A DNA stretch of 64,000 bases from Octopus sinensis. Lineage: Eukaryota. Positions 27,033 through 40,187 of this stretch are shown here, in pieces; within the stretch, counting starts at the first letter, position 1; each line of letters opens with the position of its first letter. The stretch spans positions 43,772,001 to 43,836,000 of the forward strand of contig NC_043008.1 in assembly GCF_006345805.1 (NCBI RefSeq), written 5' to 3'. A model generated the notes under the pieces. The model was not told the origin of the DNA. It searched no databases and was given only the letters and a program-made list of their open reading frames with translations. The position numbers and the translations under genes are program-made.

Positions 27033-27420
27033 AGGATGAGATAAAGCTGTTGCCAATAGATGATCAACAACTGGAACAAATTTAAACTGTGATAAAGCAG
27101 TTCAGTCAATGTTGAAGTGGATTTCGGCTTTGCTGAATGTTTTAAAGTCACATTCTTCGAGAGAAAACCCCTGAAACGAACAACATATAGACAGGCAAAT
27201 CTACCAACATCAAATAATATGATCGCGAAAAAATTTAAAATATTATCGTAGAGTTACAACTATCCGAAAGAGCGAACTTAATGCGAAATACAGAAATAAT
27301 GCCATCAGTATCTTAGAAATAAATGTTCTCACCAACAGCATTAACATCAATAAAATGGTCCATCAGTGGGATTAGTAAGATTGATACAAAAGTGAAACTT
27401 AAAGATTGGTGATGTCATTC
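27033..27420 (+). mobile_element. Degenerate R4/Dong-like RT fragment
   Basis: DEIKLL..DDQQLE...KQFS...DFGFAECFKVTF, YYRRV..I.KSELNAK...AI and WSI..I.KIDTK; begins right after (CAA/TAA)n. Confidence 0.65.
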
Positions 27421-27590
27421 AATCAAAGTGTGGACGCTGGATGCTCTCGTTCATATTTTGGATTTGAATTTCTATAATTTTGAATTTTTATCCCACTTTA
27501 TTTTGAACTCATCAAAGACGGGCTTGCTGTCGAGATATCGTTCGACCAATAAAATATCTATTGCAATTACATCGTGCTCTTCATACTGTC

Positions 27591-27622
27591 TAATAATAAT
27601 AATGATGATAATAATAATAATA

Positions 27623-27679
<57 letters not shown>
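27591..27679. repeat. (TAA)n
   Basis: Direct. Confidence 0.95.
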
Positions 27680-27681
<2 letters not shown>

Positions 27682-28228
27682 TGCCCTAATGCAGTACCAG
27701 GCGGTGGCTCTCATGGCTTCTGATCTTAACTGATTATCATGTACGTTGTTCTTTGTCTTGCTATAAAAGATGGGCTACAGCAAATATTCTGCTCAACGTC
27801 ACAGATGTGCTTGTCAGTTGTTTGAACTTAACAGCTGAGCATGTCCCTTAGTGGCTGACGATATGTGCATCTCTGATCATGAGCAGAGGTAGTGGGGGAG
27901 CATCATAGCCGCGTGTTGAAAGGAATTCTTTGGGGTTTGGATAATTCACCTTTGGAAACATGGGTGGTTCGCTCAACATCCTTAAACAATCCTTATTCAG
28001 GGACCTTTTGAGCGGGATGGGTTACTCAACCTGAAGAAAATTCTAACTGGGCCCCACCTGCAAGGTCATGTGCAGTTTATCTTGATATGGGATCACAATA
28101 TCGCACACATATAGTTGTGGTGCATGTACCTTGTGTACCCTTATCAGACAGGTAGTCATGATGGGTATACTGGGCTTCGTATATTTTACCCCAGTGTCAC
28201 TTTGATGGCATGCACTGCTCACTCACTC
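27680..28228 (+). mobile_element. Unclassified ~550-bp non-coding element embedded in (TAA)n
   Basis: Sharp transition to higher-GC sequence bounded by (TAA)n on the left and AATAAT/(CAA)n on the right; no recognisable protein motif. Strand assigned only by analogy to the RLE elements. Confidence 0.5.
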
Positions 28229-28669
28229 AATAATATCAACAACAACAACAGTAATAGGTTATGTAGTACTCTACAATCTATTGAGTTACATGAGAAATGC
28301 TGTTGTCTAACGCGGATAAACGTATTTAATTACTGTTTAATTATTAATAATAAATTCGTTACTAAATAATAATTTCATTAATATATAATTAATTTCAGTC
28401 TCTTTCATTAAAGATTTCAAAAATCTCTGATCGTTCAGATTGTATCAGAGTTGTCTTCTCCTTTTTTTTTTTTTTTGGTTTGCTATAAGTTATAGAAAAC
28501 ATGTTAACCTTTAGTTACATTAAAACTGATTTAAAACAATCCAAATCAAATCAAAGGTGAAAAAGATTTTTAACAAAGTAATAATTTTCCTTCACAAGTT
28601 TACCGAACGCATTTAATTAGTTTTACTAAAACTTGTGAAACAACAAATCCTAAAAATGCATAATGAAAT

Positions 28670-28918
28670 AACACTCACACACAGAGACGCAAACACACAC
28701 ACACACAACACACACACACACACACACATATTTAAATATATATATATATGTGTACGTATTTATGTATATATATATAAAATTTTGCTAATGTGTATATGTA
28801 TATGTACATATATACATATGTATATATATGTATATATATGTACATATATACATATGTATATATATGTATATATATGTACATATATACATATGTATATATG
28901 TACATATATATATATATG

Positions 28919-28976
<58 letters not shown>

Positions 28977-29000
28977 ATAGATAGATATATATGTCTGTGT
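28670..29000. repeat. (CA)n/(TA)n field with a ~34-bp higher-order unit
   Basis: TGTACATATATACATATGTATATATATGTATATA repeated about 3 times at 28803-28905. Confidence 0.85.
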
Positions 29001-29564
29001 AAATTGATAAAATTAAAATAAACTAGAATCCAACCATTCTTACTCAAAGTCAGAAATTGAAATAATTCTCTTCATTAATTTCAGCTAAATAATTTACTGC
29101 TGATGTATTTAATTAAAAGTCATGGCGAACACGATACCATTTTTAATTTCATTTTATGGCGAAAATAAAATATCGGCGCATGCTTCTGTTGCACGATAAC
29201 GAGCGATACAAATGCAAATAGTAATTGTGAGACTTCCTTTTTTTAATGAAAATCTTAGGATGTCCACAAGACAGCACGATTCCATAATGAATCCAATATT
29301 AAATCTTTATATGATCTTCTACGTTTTGGGGATCCTTTTTATATAACTATGAATGGGACTGATCATTTTTCTCTCTACTGACACGTAGGGATCCTGGGTT
29401 TGCGTCAGAACTTTGTTGCTTTGCATTGTGATCATGATCACCGGCAAGAAAATGATGTGTGCTTGTATGAGTGTGTACGTGTGCACCTAAGTGTAAGTGT
29501 GTTTGTCCCGTGTGTTAGTTCGCATCCTGCCGTTAATATTACAACTATATGCATATGTATATAT

Positions 29565-29598
<34 letters not shown>

Positions 29599-29605
29599 GT
29601 ATATA

Positions 29606-29653
<48 letters not shown>

Positions 29654-30296
29654 ATATATATATGTGTGTGTATGCACATCCACCTGTCTATTTGTGTGTG
29701 TGACTGTGTCTCTTTGTCTGTCTGTTTATCTGCTTGTCTAACTGTCTGTCTGTCTCTTTAAACACCCACCCACACACACGTTGAAATTGCAGAAAATTGG
29801 AAAAGCTCGTATTCCAAAATTTTACTCCTCTTCAAATGAAAGAACACACATACGAACACACACACACATATACATGCACTCTCATACATAGAGACAGACA
29901 TGCTCACACACACACACACACACACATGCGCACACACATATTCCAACTGCATGCAATTTAAAAAGTTTTTAATTCGAAATAAATTGGATCCTTCTAGAAA
30001 TGTAATTTTAATAAAAGAACAAACATCTAGTTAATAAATTTATAACGATCACGAAAGGATCTAAAGCCGATCGAGACAATGTAATAATTCCAACTGGTCA
30101 TTACGTTTTCTAGACTTGCAATAGCTCTCTTCATTAATGAATAAAGAGATGCCAAGGTAAAGTATGATTCGATGAAGTGGCCACTGCATACATCATATCA
30201 TGTTGGAAGCTATTGCGTTATCTTGAGATTCTATCCTAATGAAACAACAAAGCTAAGTATTATTTATTAGATGAAGTGGTGCGTTTAATTTATTTT

Positions 30297-30600
30297 ATTT
30301 TATTTTATCTAGTTTAAGCTCACGAGGTGTGGCCATGCTGGGGCACCGCCATTTAAATTGTTAACGTTCCTATTTTCTCGTTACTTGTTTCAGTCTTTGA
30401 ACTACAGCCTTACTGGGGCCCCGACTAGAAAGGGTCTTAGACGAACAGATCAATCCCTGATCGTATGTTTGGAGCTCGGAACATTGTCTATGGGGCTCTC
30501 TTTTTTTTTTTCGCCGAATTACTCTGTTATGGAGGCGTAAAGAAAACATCACACTTTGTCAAGCGTTGGTGAGGGACAAGCACACACAGATACAGATATA
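30297..30600 (-). mobile_element. SINE tail (30297-30350) plus 3' half of SINE family C (30370-30600)
   Basis: TGGCCATGCTGGGGCACCGCC tail; body homologous to 57005-57235 and 61355-61530. Confidence 0.65.
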
Positions 30601-31229
30601 TGTATACATACATAAACACACATACGCACACACACGCATACACATACATGTATACACAAAATCAAATGGATAAAAACAGACGACAGAGAATGGACTGTTC
30701 ATTACGGCTATTTCTTACGTATTTTGAATCTAAGCTGACCATGGTCAGCTTCAGCTGGCTTCATTTTGTTCTTGGAATATTATTTTGAAATTATATGTTT
30801 CATCTGTTGATTACGATATTTTGCAAAGATGTAATTTACTCATTCTGCTATTAAAAATGCGTAAGAAACGGCTTTAATGAATCGAAATTTATTCATCGAT
30901 TGTTTTTTTTTCATTTGATTATAATCATAAAACACCATAAGAATACGCGACTTGTCGGACACGGGTGATCAACGTACCATCTACGTATGACCAATACGTG
31001 TGCTTTGGACCAAACCCTAGGTGCTAAATACTCGTGGGGTTGGTTTTTTCTCTGTGTGCAAAGCCTGAACATTCTATTGGATATTTAGTCAACCATACGT
31101 GGTGACCACAAGTTAGTGCAACTCTACCTGGTGGTTATTATTCAAGTATCCGATTCTCCCAGGAAATAATCCTTTTCTAATTATTGGAGGTGTATCAATT
31201 CATTTTTACAAAAGTTTGTAGATACATTG

Positions 31230-31261
<32 letters not shown>

Positions 31262-31331
31262 ATATATATGTATGTATATACATACACACACACTTATGCA
31301 CACACACACACACACACACGCACACACACAC

Positions 31332-31414
<83 letters not shown>

Positions 31415-31464
31415 ATACATACACACACACTTATGCACACACACACACACACACGCACACACAC

Positions 31465-31521
<57 letters not shown>

Positions 31522-31594
31522 AAAAAGTTGAGTTGTGGGGTATCGCACGAGTGGGATTATATAAGAAAAAAGGTTTGAAAATGCAATTTAAACG

Positions 31595-31650
31595 ATGTTT
31601 ATTTACTTAACCGGTTTCACTCTTTGGTAAAAGATTGTCAAAAGTTACAT
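31595..31650 (-). ncRNA. Minimal hammerhead ribozyme, U3-A8 core variant (PLE terminal region)
   Basis: ACTT TTGACAA TCTTTTACCAAAGAGT GAAA CCGG TT AAGT; identical to 40383-40423. Confidence 0.7.
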
Positions 31651-31687
31651 TTAAGGAAACATTGAATAATATGGGTTCAAAAAAAGT

Positions 31688-31890
31688 TTTTTACATAATT
31701 GTCACATTCAGTATTATGCATTCAAAAAGGTTTTTACATAATTGTCACATTCAGTATTATGCATTCAAAAAGGTTTTTACATAATTGTCACATTGAGTAT
31801 TATGCATTCAAAAAGGTTTTTACATAATTGTCACATTGGATATTATGAATTCAAAAATGTTTTTTTATACATAATTGTCACATTACATGT
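31688..31890. repeat. 43-bp tandem repeat within PLE terminal region (5 core copies)
   Basis: ACATAATTGTCACATT at 31693, 31736, 31779, 31822 and 31869. Confidence 0.95.
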
Positions 31891-32314
31891 ATAGATATAG
31901 TGTTTGGTAACAGAGAAGTTCAATAGTGTGATGAGAATGTTTGGGAAAATTTGGCAGAAAAGGATAAAACAAATATATTATTGGGAATTGGTTGCGTTAA
32001 TTATTGTTGTCGCAAATTGTCACATTACATGTATATATATACAATCTTCGGTATATATATACAGCCTTTTGACAGCAAAAATTAGAATGGCTTTTTTATA
32101 CATCTCAGAATATTTTAAGTACAAGGCGAGAATATGTTTTTACTGACCTGTTGGGATTAGCAGAAAGGCTGAACTCAGAGAACAGAGGAAGTAGCCAATG
32201 TGGTGTATACTTCCCCTTTATGCATGAATGATTTTGGGGTTATCAGGAGGTTAGTATGCGGGTGTGAATAGATATGTTCGTGCCCGCTGGTCAGATAGCG
32301 TCTGTTTGTCACAC

Positions 32315-32350
<36 letters not shown>

Positions 32351-33140
32351 CACACACACACACACCACATACAAACAACACACACACAACACACACACAA
32401 CACACACACACACACACCACACACACACACCCACACACAACGCACCCACATATATCACATATACACACAGCACACAAATATAATATGTATCTATATATAA
32501 CATACACAGATATATAACACACATACACACACAACACACACACACACACACACACACAACACACGCACACATACATACATAATATAAATATCACACAAAT
32601 ACACCTAGCATATATATACACACATACAATATACACATACAGCATGTAAGCAATATACATACACAATATATGCATGCAATATACATACGCAGTACATACA
32701 TATAATATATATATATAGACAATGCATATACATATATACACATATACATATAAATAGTGTTTACATACACATACATAGATGTACCACATATACCCACAAT
32801 ACACATACATACAACGCATACACATACACGTACGCATACATATAATGTATATATATACACACACACACACACATAACATACATACACAATGTATACATAT
32901 ATATACACGCAATGCACATACCTGTATTCACGCATATATAGCACACCTACAATATACATATATACACTGCACACATACACACACATATATACACTTAATT
33001 GTACACATACATATACAATACACATACATACAATATACATATACACAATGCGCATGCAAATAATGTACATGTTTATACACACATAAACAAGCAAATAAAT
33101 ATACACACACACACATACACACATACACATATATATACAC

Positions 33141-33172
<32 letters not shown>

Positions 33173-33631
33173 ATACATACATACATGCACATACATATAT
33201 TTTTTCACACACATACACATACATATATATATATATAAAAAATTCACCCCCCCCACACACACAAATTACAACTTATAGCGTACACACTCAAATATATCTC
33301 TACATGCCGCACACACACACAAACAAAGTACTAACATATACACACATACCATGCATATACACACACAACACACATACACACATATATATATATAATATAT
33401 ATATTTAAAAACAAATACACATGTAAATATATACATACGTACATAATGCTCACACACACACACATACACACACACCCGTACACAGTGCACACACACACAC
33501 ATATATACACACGTGTACACACACATACACACAACGTGCGCGCACGCACACACATACACACACACGCACACAGTGCACACACACACACATATATATATAT
33601 ACACCCGCGCACACACACACACACACAACGT

Positions 33632-33665
<34 letters not shown>

Positions 33666-33850
33666 CACTCACACACATACATCACCTACATATATATAAT
33701 GCATGCGTGTGCATGCCACGTATGTGTGTGGTCAATGCCCGCTAGTGTGTCCTATGCGTGCCGATGCGCGCATGTGCCCGCCCGCACGATATGCTGTGAG
33801 CGTGCGCGCGTCCCTGTGTGTTTGCTCTGGATGTGTTTCCAGGGGGTATG

Positions 33851-36124
33851 TTAGAGTATGTTTAGTTGTGGTCTGTATTTTTGAATAAGATTACTTTCCT
33901 TATTTATTCGTGTTTGGTCTGTGGTGTTGTCCGAGCATTGGTATAGTGGGAAGACTAAGAATTTGGGGGACTTATTGTGTGCACAAAGGTCTAAGTGTCC
34001 ACTTAGTGGTATCTGTCTTGTGGAGGGGTCCCTCAGTTGTTGTCGGTGAACTGTCATTCTGTCTCTGAGGGTAAGGCTCGTTTGCCCTATGTAATCTTCG
34101 TGGCATCCTTCACACCTTATGACGTAGAGTAAATTTTTTGATGCGCACGTGAAATTATTTTTTATGATGAATGTGTGTCCCGAGTGGAACTTGTACGATG
34201 ATCCTCAATGAGGTGGATGCAGGTCTTGCAGTTGGGGCGACAACATTTTATGATGGTGGGCGGTGGGTTTGTGTTGTGTAATTTTGCGTTGGTGAGGAGG
34301 TTTTTTAGGGATTTAGGTTGTCTCTTACTTTTTATTATTTTATGAGCTGCCAGTATTTTTTTCAGGCGTGGGTCTTGATTTAGTTGTGGAATGTTGTTGT
34401 ATATAATAGTGTAAGCTTCTGCATTCCTTGGGTTGTGTGTTGAGAGATAAGGGAGGCTATTGACTGTACTGTGGATGTGTTTGGGTTTTCGAAGGTCTTG
34501 AATGTTGATTGATTTGGCCCGTTCTATTCCGTTGTCTACTAGTGATGCCGGGTAATGTCTTTCGAGAAGAATTGCCCTTAGTTCCCGGAGTCTTCTATTT
34601 CGTGTTGTGTCATTTGAGACAATAGTGCAGATTCTTCTCGCTAGGTTGAAGGGGATATTTGTCTTTGTGTGTTTTGGGTGATTGGAGGTGAATAGAAGGT
34701 ATTGTTTAGAGTCAGTGGGTTTGTAATGGATGTCAGTTTCAATGTTGACGCCTTTTTAATGATTAGGATGTCAAGAAAAGGGAGTTGGTCCTGACTATAT
34801 TCCATTGTGAATTGAATGTTGTTATTTACACTGTTGATAAGGTTTTTGAAGTCTATAAGTTGGTCGAGTGTGTGGGACCATAGGATGAGGCAATCATCTA
34901 AGTAGCGTTTCCAGTTCTCCAACAGGTATTTGTGGAAAGACTGGCCGTACTTATATTTGGATTTTTCATAGATATGTGATTCCAGGTAGGCCATCACCAG
35001 GTTTGCATAGGTAGGTGCAACTTTCGTACCCATTGCAGTACCTGAGACCTGTCTGTAAGTGTTGTTGTGGAAATACATGAAGTTGTTTTGCAGAATAAAT
35101 TTGAGGCCCTCAATTATGAATTCTTTTTTAATTCTTTCCGGGATCTCATTGGGATATTTATCCAGCCAGAATTTAATGGCTTCCAGTCCAAATTCATGTG
35201 GGATTGTGGTGTAAAGATTAATAACATCAAAAGAACGATTAAGGTGTCTTTATCGGCATGTTTGGGGAGATGGTTTAATAGGTCCAGGTCATCTCTTACA
35301 ATACTTGGAATGTGTTTCAGTATTGGCTTTAAGATGATATCTATAAAGTTGCTAAGTCTGTGTGTTTCACAACTTGGGCCTGCCACTATTGGTCTCAGTT
35401 TGAGATCAGTGGGATGTGGTATAGTGATGCAGGTTGAAGTGGACTTTTTGCAAGCTTCTGTGATAATTTGACTCTTGTGTATTTTTGGAAGCCCATAGAG
35501 TGTGCTGGTTTTGCAATTAAATTTAGTAATGTAGTCGCATTCCTTTGCTGTCAAGTCATTCCGGTGTTGGTAAATGAGTGCCTTCAGATTGGTCATTGTT
35601 TTGGATTGCTGGTAGTCGACTACTCTTTCGTAGTATGTGGTATCCTCTAAAAGGAGAGATACAGAGTTTTTATATTGCTCAGTATTCATAACAACGACCG
35701 TACTACCCTTATCAGCTTCCTTTATTGTGATGTCATGATTGTCTCGTAGCGTATGGATGATTTCCCATTCTCTTTTACTGGTGTTGGGTTTCAGTTTAGG
35801 TTGTGGGAGTTCACCATAAGGGAAGTTGGAGATGTAATCGCAAAATTTGTCTAAGGTTTTGTTTTTGCCTTTTATGGGATTATAGTTGCTTTTGTTACAG
35901 ACCATTGAATCGTCGATATTATTAGTTTTCCTGTCAAAAAATTCCTCTGTGAGGCGTAATTTTCTGCAGAAGTGCGAGATGTCATCCTGTATTTCCCTCA
36001 GGTTAGGGTATTGCGGAGTTGGGGTGAATTTTAGTCCTCTTGAAAGGATTTTTATTTGTGGTGTCGACAGGTTTAGGTTAGAAAGATTCACTATTTTTGG
36101 TTTTTCGGGGTTGGTATCTACCAT
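33851..36124 (-). CDS. PLE reverse transcriptase + Zn-finger-like linker + GIY-YIG endonuclease (~760 aa after correcting 3 single-base frameshifts at ~35235, ~34755, ~34205)
   Basis: IVNLS...LSRGLKFTPTP, IKEADKG, YGLPKIHK, LRPIV, FDVINLYTTIP, GTAMGTKVAPTYANL, WKRYLDD, LPFLD, YKPTD, C.RPNCKTC, LLYVIRCEGC...YIGQT...R...H, E..LI..Y.P.LN. Confidence 0.93.
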
Positions 36125-36302
36125 CTGGTGTCGTGGAAACTGATGCCCTTGCCTAAAAAAGGAATCCTGGGGGTTCTTCTATTTGTGGTATTTTGCTGTA
36201 TGTGATTCTGTCCCCCGTTGACATGTCTGTTGAAGAGGTTTTGGTTGTTGTGATTCTGTCCCCCGTTGCTATGTTGTCTGTTGAGAAGGTTTTGGTTGTT
36301 CC
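36118..36302 (-). CDS. C-terminal remnant of a putative upstream PLE ORF (N/Q-rich, ~50-bp internal duplication) overlapping the RT frame
   Basis: NNQNLLNRQHSNGGQNH-NNQNLFNRHVNGGQNH...PFLGKG...W*. A second frame is also open here, so frame identity is uncertain. Confidence 0.45.
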
Positions 36303-36304
36303 GG

Positions 36305-38217
36305 GAAATCATCCATACGCTACGAGACAATCATGACATCACAATAAAGGAAGCTGATAAAGGGAGTACGGTCGTTGTTATGAATACTGAGCAATATAAA
36401 AACTCTGTATCTCTCCTTTTAGAGGATACCACATACTACGAAAGAGTAGTCGACTACCAGCAATCCAAAACAATGACCAATCTGAAGGCACTCATTTACC
36501 AACACCGGAATGACTTGACAGCAAAGGAATGCGACTACATTACTAAATTTAATTGCAAAACCAGCACACTCTATGGGCTTCCAAAATACACAAGAGTCAA
36601 ATTATCACAGAAGCTTGCAAAAAGTCCACTTCAACCTGCATCACTATACCACATCCCACTGATCTCAAACTGAGACCAATAGTGGCAGGCCAAGTTGTGA
36701 AACACACAGACTTAGCAACTTTATAGATATCATCTTAAAGCCAATACTGAAACACATTCCAAGTATTGTAAGAGATGACCTGGACCTATTAAACCATCTC
36801 CCCAAACATGCCGATAAAGACACCTTAATCGTTTCTTTTGATGTTATTAATCTTTACACCACAATCCCACATGAATTTGGACTGGAAGCCATTAAATTCT
36901 GGCTGGATAAATATCCCAATGAGATCCGGAAAGAATTAAAAAAGAATTCATAATTGAGGGCCTCAAATTTATTCTGCAAAACAACTTCATGTATTTCCAC
37001 AACAACACTTACAGACAGGTCTCAGGTACTGCAATGGGTACGAAAGTTGCACCTACCTATGCAAACCTGGTGATGGCCTACCTGGAATCACATATCTATG
37101 AAAAATCCAAATATAAGTACGGCCAGTCTTTCCACAAATACCTGTTGGAGAACTGGAAACGCTACTTAGATGATTGCCTCATCCTATGGTCCCACACACT
37201 CGACCAACTTATAGACTTCAAAAACCTTATCAACAGTGTAAATAACAACATTCAATTCACAATGGAATATAGTCAGGACCAACTCCCTTTTCTTGACATC
37301 CTAATCATTAAAAAAGGCGTCAACATTGAAACTGACATCCATTACAAACCCACTGACTCTAAACAATACCTTCTATTCACCTCCAATCACCCAAAACACA
37401 CAAAGACAAATATCCCCTTCAACCTAGCGAGAAGAATCTGCACTATTGTCTCAATGACACAACACGAAATAGAAGACTCCGGGAACTAAGGGCAATTCTT
37501 CTCGAAAGACATTACCCGGCATCACTAGTAGACAACGGAATAGAACGGGCCAAATCAATCAACATTCAAGACCTTCGAAAACCCAAACACATCCACAGTA
37601 CAGTCAATAGCCTCCCTTATCTCTCAACACACAACCCAAGGAATGCAGAAGCTTACACTATTATATACAACAACATTCCACAACTAAATCAAGACCCACG
37701 CCTGAAAAAAATACTGGCAGCTCATAAAATAATAAAAAGTAAGAGACAACCTAAATCCCTAAAAAACCTCCTCACCAACGCAAAATTACACAACACAACC
37801 ACCCCGCCCACCATCATAAAATGTGGTCGCCCCAACTGCAAGACCTGCATCCACCTCATTGAGGGATCATCGTACAAGTTCCACTCGGGACACACATTCA
37901 TCATAAAAAATAATTTCACGTGCGCATCAAAAAATTTACTCTACGTCATAAGGTGTGAAGGATGCCACGAAGATTACATAGGGCAAACGAGCCTTACCCT
38001 CAGAGACAGAATGACAGTTCACCGACAACAACTGAGGGACCCCTCCACAAGACAGATACCACTAAGTGGACACTTAGACCTTTGTGCACACAATAAGTCC
38101 CCCAAATTCTTAGTCTTCCCACTATACCAATGCTCGGACAACACCACAGACCAAACACGAATAAATAAGGAAAGTAATCTTATTCAAAAATACAGACCAC
38201 AACTAAACATACTCTAA
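36305..38217 (+). pseudogene. 5'-truncated PLE RT-GIY-YIG ORF (single-base deletions at ~36585, 36690, 36926, 37453)
   Basis: Same motifs as the left copy; lacks the first ~120 codons. Confidence 0.9.
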
Positions 38218-38671
38218 CATACCCCCTGGAAACACATCCAGAGCAAACACACAGGGACGCGCGCACGCTCACAGCATATCGTGCGGGCGGGCACATGCGC
38301 GCATCGGCACGCATAGGACACACTAGCGGGCATTGACCACACACATACGTGGCATGCACACGCATGCATTATATATATGTAGTGATGATGTGTGTGTGTT
38401 GGTGTGTGTGTGTGTGTGTGTGTGTGCGTTGTGTGTGTGTGTGTGTGTGCACGTTGTGTGTGTGTGTGCGCGGGTGTATATATATATATGTATGTGTGTG
38501 TGCACTGTGTGCGTGTGTGTTATGTGTGTGCGTGCGCGCACGTTGTGTGTATGTGTGTGTACACGTGGGTGTATATATGTGTGTGTGTGTGCACTGTGTA
38601 CGGGTGTGTGTGTATGTGTGTGTGTGTGAGCATTATGTACGTATGTATATATTTACATGTGTATTTGTTTT

Positions 38672-38706
<35 letters not shown>

Positions 38707-38906
38707 ATGTGTGTTGTGTGTATATATGCATGGTATGTGTGTATATGTGTTTACTTTGTTTGTGTGTGTGTGTGCGGCATGAGATATATTTGAGTGTGTA
38801 CGCTATAAGTTGTAATTTGTGTGTGGGGGGGGGTGAATTTTTATATATATATATATGTATGTGTATGTGTGTGAAAAAATATATGTATGTGCATGTATGT
38901 ATGTAT

Positions 38907-38940
<34 letters not shown>

Positions 38941-39727
38941 GTGTATATATATGTGTATGTGTGTATGTGTGTGTGTGTATATTTATTTGCTTGTTTATGT
39001 GTGTATAAACATGTACATTATTTGCATGCGCATTGTGTATATGTATATTGTATGTATGTGTATTGTATATGTATGTGTACAATTAAGTGTATATATGTGT
39101 GTGTATGTGTGCAGTGTATATATGTATATTGTAGGTGTGCTATATATGCGTGAATACAGGTATGTGCATTGCGTGTATATATATGTATACATTGTGTATG
39201 TATGTTATGTGTGTGTGTGTATATATATACATTATATGTATGCGTACGTGTATGTGTATGCGTTGTATGTATGTGTATTGTGGTATATGTGGTACATCTA
39301 TGTATGTGTATGTAAACACTATTTATATGTATATGTGTATATATGTATATGCATTGTCTATATATATATATTATATGTATGTACTGCGTATGTATATTGC
39401 ATGCATATATTGTGTATGTATATTGCTTACATGCTGTATGTGTATATTGTATGTGTGTATATATATGCTAGGTGTATTTGTGTGATATTTATATTATGTA
39501 TGTATGTGTGCGTGTGTTGTGTGTGTGTGTGTGTGTGTGTGTTGTGTGTGTATGTGTGTTATATATCTGTGTATGTTATATATAGATACATATTATATTT
39601 GTGTGCTGTGTGTATATGTGATATATGTGGGTGCGTTGTGTGTGGGTGTGTGTGTTCTGTGTGTGTGTGTTGTTTGTATGTGGTGTGTGTTTGTTTACTA
39701 TGTGTGTGTGTGTGTGTGTGTTGTTGT

Positions 39728-39758
<31 letters not shown>

Positions 39759-40187
39759 GTGTGACAAACAGACGCTATCTGACCAGCGGGCACGAACACA
39801 TCTATTCACACCCGCATACTAACCTCCTGATAACCCCAAAATCATTCATGCATAAAGGGGAAGTATACACCACATTGGCTACTTCCTCTGTTCTCTCAGT
39901 TCAGCCTTTCTGCTAATCCCAACAGGTCAGTAAAAACATATTCTCGCCTTGTACTTAAAATATTCTGAGATGTATAAAAAAGCCATTCTAATTTTTGCTG
40001 TCAAAAGGCTGTATATATATACCGAAGATTGTATATATATACATGTAATGTGACAATTTGCGACAACAATAATTAACGCAACCAATTCCCATAATATATT
40101 TGTTTTATCCTTTTCTGCCAAATTTTCCCAAACATTCTCATCACACTATTGAACTTCTCTGTTACCAAACACTATATCTATACATGT

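Larger units (their letters stand above)
31521..36302 (-). mobile_element. Penelope-like element (EN+, C-terminal GIY-YIG, Neptune-like), left arm, 5'-truncated within an upstream frame
   Basis: RT/GIY-YIG ORF 36124-33851, microsatellite-rich 3' UTR, terminal region with 43-bp repeats and hammerhead, ending in (TA)n. Confidence 0.95.

Noticed and set aside
31688-31890. CRISPR-like array
   Set aside because: Units are contiguous near-identical tandem repeats without unique spacers, in a eukaryotic TE context.
38217-38370. SECIS element / selenoprotein PLE (as reported for some Naiad PLEs)
   Set aside because: No in-frame TGA in the reconstructed ORF, no AUGA..GA quartet in the hairpin, and the endonuclease is C-terminal.
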